Positions 7,971-15,934 of a DNA stretch of 16,031 nucleotides are shown here, piece by piece. The position numbers were made by a program, and so were the translations under genes. The stretch is from a virus, in UHGV virus genome UHGV-0259371; one strand, given 5' to 3'. The notes below the pieces were generated by a model. That model was not told the origin of the DNA and searched no databases. It saw nothing but the letters and a program-made list of their open reading frames with translations. How positions within the stretch are numbered: position 1 is the first letter of the stretch; every line of letters starts with the position of its first letter.

Positions 7971-8044
7971 ATATCAGTAGTTGATATTGATATAGTACCA
8001 TAATCAACTACTGATGTATATAGTTTTATGAAAAAATTTTAAAC
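7971..8044 (-). promoter_or_regulatory. Promoter-like intergenic module containing a 13-bp inverted repeat; homologous to the promoter region at 1-90
   Basis: Shares ATCAGTAGTTGAT, TATAGTACCA and TTTTATGAAAAAATTTT with positions 6-85. Minus strand has -10 TACTAT with weak -35 ATATAC, or GTTTAA/TATACA. Inverted repeat arms ATCAGTAGTTGAT at ~7973-7985 and ~8003-8015. Confidence 0.45.
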
Positions 8045-8045
8045 T

Positions 8046-8534
8046 TTATGCATAGAGAGCATTGCTATAGTGTTTAATCCAACTTTCAGGAATGACTTTG
8101 TATGTTCCTAAAAATACCACGTTGTACAACTTAACGCCATCTTCTACCCATTGATCGGTAATGTATCCACACATAGCGCGAGTATAAGCAGCCTTTCCAT
8201 CATCTTTGATAAATTTAAATTCGCAAGGAGCAATGAACTTAATAGCCTGACCGAGTTTCCACTTAAAGTCTACACCTACATGCGAAGTATCAATCGTTTC
8301 AATTCCTTTAGCAGGAACAGCTTTCAAAAACGCAGATTCAAGAAATTTCGCGCGAACATAACCAAACTGAGGTTTAGACTTTCCATCTTTAGGAATGATA
8401 CGAACTTTTACTTCAGAATCTTCATCTTTAACGCCATGTTTAAGCTGAATGCTTACAATTTCGACCAATTTTCCTGCTGCTTTAGAACGGGATTTATCAG
8501 ACACACGAGCAATTTCACCAATATTAATAATCAT
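8046..8534 (-). CDS. motB: MotB-like basic early protein, 162 aa
   Basis: 162 aa, lysine-rich, own early promoter, located between the cef-like ORF and dexA as on the T4 map. Identification is by length and position only. Confidence 0.5.
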   Translation of the reverse strand: MIINIGEIARVSDKSRSKAAGKLVEIVSIQLKHGVKDEDSEVKVRIIPKDGKSKPQFGYVRAKFLESAFLKAVPAKGIETIDTSHVGVDFKWKLGQAIKFIAPCEFKFIKDDGKAAYTRAMCGYITDQWVEDGVKLYNVVFLGTYKVIPESWIKHYSNALYA

Positions 8535-8578
8535 AGTTATCTCTCACTTGTTAAAAAGATTTTATACTCCACGGGACC

Positions 8579-8608
8579 ATTATACTCTGGTCCCAAGAGT
8601 TTGTAAAC
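8579..8608 (-). promoter_or_regulatory. T4-type early promoter upstream of the motB-like gene
   Basis: Minus strand: GTTTAC-AAACTCTTGGGACCAGAG-TATAAT-GGTCCC; -10 lies in the loop of a 7-bp inverted repeat GGGACCA/TGGTCCC; -35 shares its G with the upstream gene's TAG stop. Confidence 0.7.
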
Positions 8609-9045
8609 TAGCTTACACGAACATTAATCACTGCGCTACGAGGAACTACAGAGTATTCTCCAGCATGAACTACGTTCAGAAGTTCAACGCCATCTTCAAT
8701 CCACTGATCAGTCACCCATCCACCCACAGGATTCGCGAATGGACGACGAATATAAACTGCCTTACACAGCAGATCAGTTGGATCTTCAGGTTTTTCAATT
8801 TCTGTCAATAGACTAAAATCTTTTTCATAAATAATAAGCGGTGATACCATTCCATAATAGTTTCTAATTTCAATATACATCATACCGATAAGAATTCCGC
8901 TATTAACGCTAATAACAGTAAAAGGATATCCGCCAGTTAAACCAAGAAGTTCACAAAACTTATTATGAGCTGTATTAGACAGTACCGAAAAATTCTTAAT
9001 TTCATCAAATTTTTTCAATTGATAAACAGCATTATTTTTAATCAT
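8608..9045 (-). CDS. Hypothetical protein, 145 aa, sharing a C-terminal module with the motB-like protein
   Basis: C-terminus GGWVTDQWIEDGVELLNVVHAGEYSVVPRS aligns with the 162-aa protein's GYITDQWVEDGVKLYNVVFLGTYKVIPES. Confidence 0.55.
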   Translation of the reverse strand: MIKNNAVYQLKKFDEIKNFSVLSNTAHNKFCELLGLTGGYPFTVISVNSGILIGMMYIEIRNYYGMVSPLIIYEKDFSLLTEIEKPEDPTDLLCKAVYIRRPFANPVGGWVTDQWIEDGVELLNVVHAGEYSVVPRSAVINVRVS

Positions 9046-9055
9046 GATTTTCTCT

Positions 9056-9559
9056 TTAATTTAAAGTAATAAAGCCTTTTAATTCGGCATGTGATTTGCG
9101 GAACATTACTTGGTGCCCGCCAATGATAACTTGATCATCTGGAACTTCGTATACAGCGAGATAAAATCCTTTAGAAGATAATTCTTCACGCTCTTCTCGT
9201 GTGAACCATCTCATCATATCATATTCACTAGCGAAAGCAAAATGATAAAGAGCTATAAACCATCCAGGAATATAATGATCTACGCCTACATATTCTTCTT
9301 TCTCAAAGTTAGTATTAATTGCTATATTAGCATTTTTAACTAATAATTTGTCTTCGCGCGGAAGAGGAATTCTTTTGTTATCATTACTATGATGCATAAA
9401 ATTAGGTCTATCATAACCTACGTGTAATAACCACTCTTCGCTCCATGAATCTATTATACTCCTGTATGGCGTTATTTGAACACAAAGATCTCGACGTATT
9501 GTTATAGCATCTTCATAATTAAGAATACTAAACGATGATTCAACACGATAAATTTTCAT
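9056..9559 (-). CDS. Hypothetical protein, about 167 aa (track ORF 9056-9598 shortened to the ATG at 9559)
   Basis: The track start lies upstream of the early promoter -10; internal ATG (MKIYRVESS...) is preceded by RBS GAGGAUAAUAAA and lies downstream of the promoter. Confidence 0.5.
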   Translation of the reverse strand: MKIYRVESSFSILNYEDAITIRRDLCVQITPYRSIIDSWSEEWLLHVGYDRPNFMHHSNDNKRIPLPREDKLLVKNANIAINTNFEKEEYVGVDHYIPGWFIALYHFAFASEYDMMRWFTREEREELSSKGFYLAVYEVPDDQVIIGGHQVMFRKSHAELKGFITLN

Positions 9560-9586
9560 TTTATTATCCTCAGTAGCTATGGTGTT

Positions 9587-9616
9587 ATAGTACCACAACT
9601 AACCGAGGAAGTAAAC
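9587..9616 (-). promoter_or_regulatory. T4-type early promoter downstream of dexA
   Basis: Minus strand: GTTTAC-TTCCTCGGTTAGTTGTGG-TACTAT, 18-bp spacer. Confidence 0.6.
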
Positions 9617-9622
9617 AACTTT

Positions 9623-10306
9623 TTATCGTTTTATTGGAAGAGATAGAGGATCGCAATCTTCCTCTGACGGAGCATCTTCAAGACCCATAGCATATCGCAA
9701 AGCATACTTCATCATCAGGATGTCTTTCGCACAATCATGAATAGAATCATGTGCAACGAATCCATCTAAAGTTCCCTTTGGAAGAGGACATGTAGTCATA
9801 TCACGAACAAGCAGAAGTGCTTCAATTCTGGTACGAATATCACGTTGATTCCAGAATTTACATGGTTCTAACTTAAATGTGTCAAGTTCATTCTCAGAAA
9901 CGCCATTAAGACGTTGAATATCGCGAATGAGATCGACTAAAATTGGAAAATCAAACGACATTCCACGGCACCAGCCTTGAGATTTCCAAGGATCGATATT
10001 ATGTGCATTGATGTAATCATTAAATTTTACAATACCATCGATAGTGCTTACATCTTCATCTGACGGTGCAATATTTTTTCGAGCTTCAGGAGACTGATTT
10101 TTCCACCATTCGATAGTGCTTTTAGTAAAAAGACGATGTCCTTTTTGGCTTTTTAAATCAAACTTGATTTTAATGCCGCGTGAAACTAATTCATCAAATG
10201 TTTCAACAACTTCTGGGTTAGGGTCAAAAGCAATAACAGCCAAATCAATAACAGCTGCCTTTTCACCGCTTCCCATTGTTTCAAAATCTATAATAAAATC
10301 AAACAT
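9623..10306 (-). CDS. dexA: Exonuclease A (DnaQ-like 3'-5' exonuclease), 227 aa
   Basis: 227 aa (the T4 DexA length); N-terminal DFET (Exo I acidic motif) and C-terminal HDSIHD (Exo III-like); located just downstream of dda as in T4. Confidence 0.75.
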   Translation of the reverse strand: MFDFIIDFETMGSGEKAAVIDLAVIAFDPNPEVVETFDELVSRGIKIKFDLKSQKGHRLFTKSTIEWWKNQSPEARKNIAPSDEDVSTIDGIVKFNDYINAHNIDPWKSQGWCRGMSFDFPILVDLIRDIQRLNGVSENELDTFKLEPCKFWNQRDIRTRIEALLLVRDMTTCPLPKGTLDGFVAHDSIHDCAKDILMMKYALRYAMGLEDAPSEEDCDPLSLPIKR

Positions 10307-10548
10307 TAAATTTTCCTCGCTAAATCGCGAATTTGACCTACAGTATAATCTTGGATATAAACTTTATTAATGGGCTCATCAATAAATTTTGCCATAGATT
10401 CAATATCTTTTTGTATCTCTTCAAGACTGTATACTATCTTTAAAGCTTTTTCGCGAATAGTAACATTATCAGGTCCTGAATTTTCTTGAATGACAGCTTT
10501 AACATTTGCCATAAGAGATTTAAACTGATGCAAACTTAATTCAATCAT
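10306..10548 (-). CDS. Small early protein, about 80 aa (track ORF 10306-10581 trimmed to the ATG at 10548); paralog of the next ORF
   Basis: ATG with RBS AAGGCGG; the track start is a GTG without an RBS. Shares motifs LEEIxxD and IxDYxxGxIxxL with the ORF at 10541-10786. Confidence 0.5.
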   Translation of the reverse strand: MIELSLHQFKSLMANVKAVIQENSGPDNVTIREKALKIVYSLEEIQKDIESMAKFIDEPINKVYIQDYTVGQIRDLARKI

Positions 10549-10786
10549 TAATAACCGCCTTATAAAGATGGCTAATTTCACCTAAAACATAATCACTGAT
10601 TGTAACAGTTTTCACTTCACCGCAAAAGAATTCTAATGCAATCAAATCTCGTTCAATTTCTTCCAATTGAAGCATTAACTTGCCTGATTCAATTTTCACG
10701 TTTTTGCGATTTTTACTATAAGCTATTTCATAAATTTCACTCACTTTATCTTGAAGCAGATAAAACTGATCTTTAGTTATTTCCAC
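10541..10786 (-). CDS. Small early protein, about 81 aa (track ORF 10541-10801 trimmed to a GTG with strong RBS); paralog of the previous ORF
   Basis: Track start is TTG; a GTG five codons in is preceded by GAGGAAG at 6-nt spacing. Confidence 0.45.
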   Translation of the reverse strand: MEITKDQFYLLQDKVSEIYEIAYSKNRKNVKIESGKLMLQLEEIERDLIALEFFCGEVKTVTISDYVLGEISHLYKAVIND

Positions 10787-11033
10787 GAATAGCTTCCTCA
10801 AATTTAATCAGCAGCTTACAGACACTTTCATCTAGCGTAATTACCGTGTCTGTATTACTGTGATATGATTGTTTTTCAATTCGTTTAATTGCTAGTATAG
10901 TATCACTTATAAGATTAAGCTTATAAAGGAGCTCAGCTCCTGTTACCATAACACTGAGGTTATCTTGCTTATCAGTGTGCTTCTTTATACCATCTATTAG
11001 ACGATTTAAATATTTTGAATTGATGTTAATCAT
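10773..11033 (-). CDS. Small early protein, 86 aa, immediately downstream of dda
   Basis: ATG start with RBS GAGGA; begins 7 nt after the dda stop. Confidence 0.55.
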   Translation of the reverse strand: MININSKYLNRLIDGIKKHTDKQDNLSVMVTGAELLYKLNLISDTILAIKRIEKQSYHSNTDTVITLDESVCKLLIKFEEAIRGNN

Positions 11034-11039
11034 ATATCC

Positions 11040-12359
11040 TCACACATAAAACACATCATAACGACCACGAGTGACACCAACATAAAGAAGCTGCTGAGCC
11101 AATTCAGCGTCTGCATAATGAATACAAGGCGTATAGATGAAAGCACGGTCTACAGACATACCCTGTGCTTTATGGAATGTTGATGCAGGAAGTGCTTTCA
11201 CTTTACTAAACTGTGATTTAGCATCCCAAAAATCACTCCACGGAGCTTTTCCACCTTTATTCCAATTTTTATAAGTTTCCGCCGTTTTACCTAAAAATAA
11301 GTTAAACTTATACAGCTCTTCATCAGATGAAATTATTTTAATCTTTTCACGATAATATTCATCATCGCCGTAAGTTTCTACTGTTAAATCCCAATGACGA
11401 ATTAGATATTCTCCAGAAACACCACGAGCTTTAACAAATGTTGATGTATACTCTGCTTCTATAATACGAACTAATTGTCCGTTATTAAAAATAATTTCTG
11501 ACACAGGCTTTCCATCAATTTTATATGTTTTAATTAATGGTTCCTGCATTACAATAATTTCACCAACGATAAAATCTTTATCAGTTTCAAAAATCTTTTT
11601 GCGAATAATGCTATTTAACTTGTCAACGGATTTATTCGTAAATGCCATTACGCGATTTTCAAACAAATCATCTAGCGATTTGACGATTGAAAAATAATTT
11701 ACCATAAAATCGCGTAAAGCGGTATCACCAGTAAATCCACGTACTCCATGCCCGTCAACAATTTTATCATAAATCCACTTACCATTACGAACATCAGTAG
11801 CTACATCAATAATAGGAGCATTACTGCGTTTAACTTCAGTAAGTTCACACTGATAAAAATCTTTGTGTGTAAAGAATGGACTGATATAAGCAGTATTTTC
11901 TCCTGGGTCAACAGGTCTAATTTGCTTATTATCGCCTATTCCAATTATAGTACACCACGGTGGGATAGTTGAAAGCAAAATTTTGAAGAGCTTTCTATCA
12001 TACATTGACACTTCGTCGCAGATTAATACCCTGCATTTAGCTAAATCTGGTACTTCTTTTTGTTCAAAAAGAACGTTTTCTTCATACGTAACTGGGTTAA
12101 TTTTAAGAATACTGTGAATAGTACTCGCTTCTTTCCCCGACAGTTTTGAAAGAATCTTTTTAGCTGCATGAGTAGGAGCTGCTAAAATAATACCAGTTTC
12201 ACCCGTAGATATTAAAGCTTCAATGATGAATTTTGTAAGAGTAGTCTTACCAGTACCAGCAGGTCCATTAATAGTTACATGATGTTTCTTTTCTTTAATA
12301 GCCCTCATAACGATGTTAAAGGCATTTTTCTGGCCTTCTGTCAAATCATCAAATGTCAT
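11040..12359 (-). CDS. dda: Dda DNA helicase (SF1B), 439 aa
   Basis: 439 aa; Walker A GPAGTGKT near the N-terminus, C-terminal VGVTRGR; sequence matches T4 Dda as I recall it. Confidence 0.9.
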   Translation of the reverse strand: MTFDDLTEGQKNAFNIVMRAIKEKKHHVTINGPAGTGKTTLTKFIIEALISTGETGIILAAPTHAAKKILSKLSGKEASTIHSILKINPVTYEENVLFEQKEVPDLAKCRVLICDEVSMYDRKLFKILLSTIPPWCTIIGIGDNKQIRPVDPGENTAYISPFFTHKDFYQCELTEVKRSNAPIIDVATDVRNGKWIYDKIVDGHGVRGFTGDTALRDFMVNYFSIVKSLDDLFENRVMAFTNKSVDKLNSIIRKKIFETDKDFIVGEIIVMQEPLIKTYKIDGKPVSEIIFNNGQLVRIIEAEYTSTFVKARGVSGEYLIRHWDLTVETYGDDEYYREKIKIISSDEELYKFNLFLGKTAETYKNWNKGGKAPWSDFWDAKSQFSKVKALPASTFHKAQGMSVDRAFIYTPCIHYADAELAQQLLYVGVTRGRYDVFYV

Positions 12360-12667
12360 CGGAAAGTCCCTGCAATTGGAATACTAACAATACGCCCAGT
12401 ATCTAGAATTCGTTGATATAATCTTTGTGTATCTACATCAGGCTTAACATGTTTAACTTCTATTTTATTAAACCAAAACTTGCGTGGAGTCTCAACTAGT
12501 CTTGGAATTCCCATACCTAAAGCTAGTCGATATTGGTCTTTGAGAGTAGTAAAAACTCTATCAGCAATCTCTCTTTCAAAAAACACAGCAGGACGATGTT
12601 CATCAAGTGGAACTGGCGCCGTAAATCCGTCTTTGTCTCGGTAAACTATCGCATATACATAAACCAT
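12356..12667 (-). CDS. Hypothetical protein, 103 aa, translationally coupled to dda
   Basis: Stop overlaps the dda ATG by 4 nt; its own ATG lies 1 nt after the upstream srd-like stop. Confidence 0.55.
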   Translation of the reverse strand: MVYVYAIVYRDKDGFTAPVPLDEHRPAVFFEREIADRVFTTLKDQYRLALGMGIPRLVETPRKFWFNKIEVKHVKPDVDTQRLYQRILDTGRIVSIPIAGTFR

Positions 12668-12668
12668 A

Positions 12669-13415
12669 TTATCCTCGGATAAGTTTAAAAATTGAACAAT
12701 TTAGCGGGTATCCTCTTTTCAGTTTAAGTTTATCAATAAAAGACAAGTTTTGATACCGCTCTACACCTTGAATAATTTTATCACACATATCATATTGCAT
12801 TTCTGCTTCTGACAACTTTTTCACAATTTTCCAATCCGAGCCTTTAAGAAGAACGTTCAGTTTAACAACTTCAGCGCCTTCTGCTATGCGAGAACCATCA
12901 ATACGAGCTTTAAGCGCTATAATTCTTAGCTTAATGTCAGAGGTCTGTTTTGATTTAGAAAGCTGAGAAATGTGTTCAATTCGGTTTTCACGTTTTTTCT
13001 GTATAGCTTTAATTTGATTATAAGTCTTTTTGATTTTAGCCCATTTCTTTTCATCTAAATTTAGTTTATGAACTTTTTTCGCAGATGAACGACCAATTCG
13101 CAAAGCAAACAAATCACGTTTTTCAATTAACTCCTCTAAAGTATAATCAGAACGAAATGTATTATACTTTTTCTTTACTGCAATAACGTTCCCTTTAATG
13201 TATCCAATGTTATTATCAAAACGTTCTAATGATAATTTCTCTCCTTCAATACGATTATCAAAAGGTTCTCCCGAGTAAGCACAAACTTTTTGATCTAAAA
13301 TGTTCTTAATGTAATTGAAGTCTAAGTTAAAATCTTTAGAACGTCTTTTTGCAGATGCCTGAGTATGCTCTAAACGACGTTTAATTTTACGAATTTGGTT
13401 ATTAGACAGCTTCAT
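12669..13415 (-). CDS. srd: Basic early protein, 248 aa (srd-like by position and size)
   Basis: First gene after the early promoter at 13452-13481; lies between dda and modA as T4 srd does. Highly basic, K/R-rich. Assignment by synteny and length only. Confidence 0.45.
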   Translation of the reverse strand: MKLSNNQIRKIKRRLEHTQASAKRRSKDFNLDFNYIKNILDQKVCAYSGEPFDNRIEGEKLSLERFDNNIGYIKGNVIAVKKKYNTFRSDYTLEELIEKRDLFALRIGRSSAKKVHKLNLDEKKWAKIKKTYNQIKAIQKKRENRIEHISQLSKSKQTSDIKLRIIALKARIDGSRIAEGAEVVKLNVLLKGSDWKIVKKLSEAEMQYDMCDKIIQGVERYQNLSFIDKLKLKRGYPLNCSIFKLIRG

Positions 13416-13451
13416 ATTTTTCTCACATCTTACGGACGGTTAACTACTTAT

Positions 13452-13481
13452 ACTATAACATTTTTACTTTAACTTGTAAAC
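13452..13481 (-). promoter_or_regulatory. T4-type early promoter for the srd-like/dda/dexA unit
   Basis: Minus strand: TTTTTCATAAAGTT-GTTTAC-AAGTTAAAGTAAAAATGT-TATAGT. Confidence 0.6.
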
Positions 13482-13495
13482 AACTTTATGAAAAA

Positions 13496-13520
13496 TGCTT
13501 TAAAACTTTCATGGTATAAT
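13496..13520 (+). promoter_or_regulatory. Consensus MotA-box middle promoter on the plus strand, pointing antisense into modA
   Basis: Plus strand: AAAAA-TGCTTTA-AAACTTTCATGG-TATAAT (12-nt gap; TGGTATAAT is an extended -10). Confidence 0.45.
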
Positions 13521-13537
13521 GAATCTAAGTCCTTCCA

Positions 13538-14140
13538 TTATAGATTAAATCCTTCAAAATCAAGAGTATAGATAGTGTATGTTGAATACTTTTTATACTC
13601 GTATCTATCCGCAATTCTAAATACACTTCCAGCTGGTATCATTACTTCCTGTTCATCTGAAACTAATTCCATATTACGATAACGATGGCTATCCGGAAAT
13701 TTAAAACTCGGACTATATTCTTTACAGCGTAGAGCTTTTATAGCATACTCCTGGAAATTGAATACCATAGGAGCTTTGAATTCAAAAATAACTTGTGTGT
13801 TGTATTCTAATCCAGAAGCAAAATGCAGAGCTATATTTTTATCATATGAAGCTGATACGACTTTATCAAATGTAATAATATCAATTCCTTGATTTAATAT
13901 TTGTTTAGTCTCAGCTGGAACACCTCTCCAAAGAGGTTTATTGTTTGGAACCAAACGAGATTTGATTATTTCATTTAACCAAGAATGATCGTCTGGCTTA
14001 TTAGTAATACAATGAATTAAAAGTTCAATTTCAGATAAATTAAATCCTTCGGAAAGTAATTCTTCACGAATAGAAGCACGCACCGATGCATCCATTGATT
14101 TGATTTTAAAATCTTTTAATTGCATTGCTGAATATTTCAT
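13538..14140 (-). CDS. modA: ADP-ribosyltransferase ModA, 200 aa
   Basis: 200 aa (the T4 ModA length); R-S-ExE-type motifs readable (LWRGV, SASY, DEQEV); in tandem with a 207-aa paralog, 4-nt overlap. Confidence 0.75.
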   Translation of the reverse strand: MKYSAMQLKDFKIKSMDASVRASIREELLSEGFNLSEIELLIHCITNKPDDHSWLNEIIKSRLVPNNKPLWRGVPAETKQILNQGIDIITFDKVVSASYDKNIALHFASGLEYNTQVIFEFKAPMVFNFQEYAIKALRCKEYSPSFKFPDSHRYRNMELVSDEQEVMIPAGSVFRIADRYEYKKYSTYTIYTLDFEGFNL

Positions 14141-14760
14141 TCAACTACCTCAATATCATACACTTTAAATGTTCCAAACGAATCGTGTAATTTTTCTTTT
14201 GAAATAGAAGTTATTTTATACTTTCCAATTGGAATCATCCATTCTTGTTCACGCACAATCATCATTAAGTTATCAGTACGTTCTGAATCTAATCCATCAG
14301 TATCTTCATATGTATACTTAAACTCAGTATTAGGAGAAGAAAGTATAATATCGCTGATATGGTCAGAATAATTAAAAGCTTTATCAGTTTTTAAACGAAG
14401 TATTGTTTCAGTGAAATATTCAGCATAAGAAAAAGAACACGCTGTATGCAAACTAGTAGTAAATGAATCTACCCTGTTCGTTGAAAACACTTCTCCAACT
14501 TGTAAATCTTTAATAAGTTCTTTTGTCGATTTTGATATACCACGATATAACTGATAAGGCGATTTAGTTAAATGCTTTTTAATGATTTTATTCAACTGCC
14601 GATGAAGAGCTTCATTCTTTTTGGCTTCCATACATTGCCAAAGAACAGACTGCTCAAAGTCAGTAAATTTTTCACAGACTTTTTTATACATATCATATTG
14701 AAAATCAACGCTTTCAGCTTTTATAGATAACTGTTCAACATCTGCAGGATTAATAATCAT
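14137..14760 (-). CDS. modB: ADP-ribosyltransferase ModB, 207 aa
   Basis: 207 aa (the T4 ModB length); motifs LYRGI, FSTN, REQEW; strong RBS GGAGG; own early promoter upstream. Confidence 0.75.
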   Translation of the reverse strand: MIINPADVEQLSIKAESVDFQYDMYKKVCEKFTDFEQSVLWQCMEAKKNEALHRQLNKIIKKHLTKSPYQLYRGISKSTKELIKDLQVGEVFSTNRVDSFTTSLHTACSFSYAEYFTETILRLKTDKAFNYSDHISDIILSSPNTEFKYTYEDTDGLDSERTDNLMMIVREQEWMIPIGKYKITSISKEKLHDSFGTFKVYDIEVVE

Positions 14761-14786
14761 GATAGCCTCCGTATACTTCAGAAGCT

Positions 14787-14816
14787 ATCATATCATCGTT
14801 AGAAAGGAAGGTAAAC
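14787..14816 (-). promoter_or_regulatory. T4-type early promoter upstream of modB
   Basis: Minus strand: GTTTAC-CTTCCTTTCTAACGATGA-TATGAT, 18-bp spacer. Confidence 0.6.
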
Positions 14817-14827
14817 AACTTTTTGAA

Positions 14828-15010
14828 TTATTTTGCCCAGGGAGCCCAAGGCGGAGGGTCAAGATGGTATGAAGCTAGTTCTTCTAGAAGAGCATCTGGG
14901 GCTTCAATTCCATAATTCTGTAATACTATACGGTACTCTTTCTTATAATCACTAGAATCATTCTGGTTATTCGTAGAATGATTATCTTCTAACATCTCAA
15001 ATAAATCCAT
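14828..15010 (-). CDS. Hypothetical small protein, 60 aa
   Basis: ORF in the early operon; acidic N-terminus and C-terminal PPPWAPWAK. No motif recognised. Confidence 0.4.
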   Translation of the reverse strand: MDLFEMLEDNHSTNNQNDSSDYKKEYRIVLQNYGIEAPDALLEELASYHLDPPPWAPWAK

Positions 15011-15018
15011 ATTAATTC

Positions 15019-15489
15019 CTAGCGATAAAAACCAAAGTGACGATTAGCTTCAATGATCTTTCTTTCTTCTTCGGACATTCTCCAGCGTAGTCCAACATCA
15101 AAATGAGCCCAGACCATCCTAACAAATGCATTTATATCTTTAATATCTTCAATAATGAATGTTTTACTTTTAGAAGGTTGACTCGCTAATTTAACTTTAT
15201 CGTCTTCAAACATGTCAAAAAGACCATATTCGTGAGCTCTTTTATAGCCTTTAATAGTTAAAGCTTCAGAAGAAGAAAATGGTGAATCTGTATTCTGCAA
15301 AATATCTTCAGTATGCTTTATAATTAGAATAATATTTTCTGGATATTTTCTTTCTTTTATATCTTTAATTAAAATATCCGGATTTTCTGCTAAAGGAATA
15401 ATTAACGAGCAATTTTTATCAAGTGTATTTACTGATTTACCTTCTTTAGACATAAATTCTATTGAATAATGTTTTGCTACTTCAATCAT
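15019..15489 (-). CDS. Hypothetical early protein, 156 aa
   Basis: ORF with ATG start overlapping the stop of the upstream 50-aa ORF. Confidence 0.5.
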   Translation of the reverse strand: MIEVAKHYSIEFMSKEGKSVNTLDKNCSLIIPLAENPDILIKDIKERKYPENIILIIKHTEDILQNTDSPFSSSEALTIKGYKRAHEYGLFDMFEDDKVKLASQPSKSKTFIIEDIKDINAFVRMVWAHFDVGLRWRMSEEERKIIEANRHFGFYR

Positions 15490-15634
15490 GTGATTTCCTC
15501 TTGCCTACTAATGGACCATCAGGAATTTTGTTTTCCTGGATATACTTCTCATTTTCTTCCATCATTTTACTTCCAATTTTAAGAAGCAAATCTAACGCTT
15601 CATTTGCTTTAGCCTTAGCCTCTTCTAACGTCAT
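15482..15634 (-). CDS. Possible small protein, 50 aa, absent from the ORF track
   Basis: Hand translation: [50 protein letters not shown]. Exactly fills the gap between the 67-aa and 156-aa ORFs with start/stop overlaps; RBS is weak. Confidence 0.35.
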   Translation of the reverse strand: MTLEEAKAKANEALDLLLKIGSKMMEENEKYIQENKIPDGPLVGKRKSHD

Positions 15635-15642
15635 ATTCTTGT

Positions 15643-15846
15643 TCACGATTTATCCCCATAGATGTCTCTCATCAATTTAAGCGCTGAGCGTTCTAATTTC
15701 TTTTCTTTCTCAGCGCTAATCATTGATTTCATCCATTCTTCTGATTCGTTCTGCATTTCTTTATTTGCCTGTTCAACCCAACCATCATCAATATACATTG
15801 AGTTTGGTCTACTGAACCATTCAAGCATCTTCTTCAGAACTTTCAT
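15643..15846 (-). CDS. Hypothetical small protein, 67 aa
   Basis: ORF with ATG start; upstream is a non-coding region containing the large inverted repeat. Confidence 0.45.
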   Translation of the reverse strand: MKVLKKMLEWFSRPNSMYIDDGWVEQANKEMQNESEEWMKSMISAEKEKKLERSALKLMRDIYGDKS

Positions 15847-15934
15847 TCGTTTTACCTAAAACAATAGTAGGAGCATCATCAAATTCATGAATTTTTAGCA
15901 AATTAGGATTTAAATTGTTCCATACATAATAAAT

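Noticed and set aside
15313-15340. Plus-strand TGCTTTA followed by TATAAT-like sequence inside the 156-aa ORF
   Set aside because: The TATAAT overlaps the box itself, and no -10-like hexamer lies at the required 11-13 nt gap.
42-15859. All plus-strand ORFs in the track (for example 322-597, 1187-1485, 3896-4099, 5099-5365, 5672-5962, 6069-6485, 7037-7282, 8151-8811, 10116-10370, 11748-11972, 15462-15859)
   Set aside because: Each lies antisense to a longer minus-strand ORF with recognisable motifs or operon context. They lack RBSs, are rich in hydrophobic or low-complexity residues typical of shadow frames in AT-rich DNA, and would break the uniform minus-strand operon structure.
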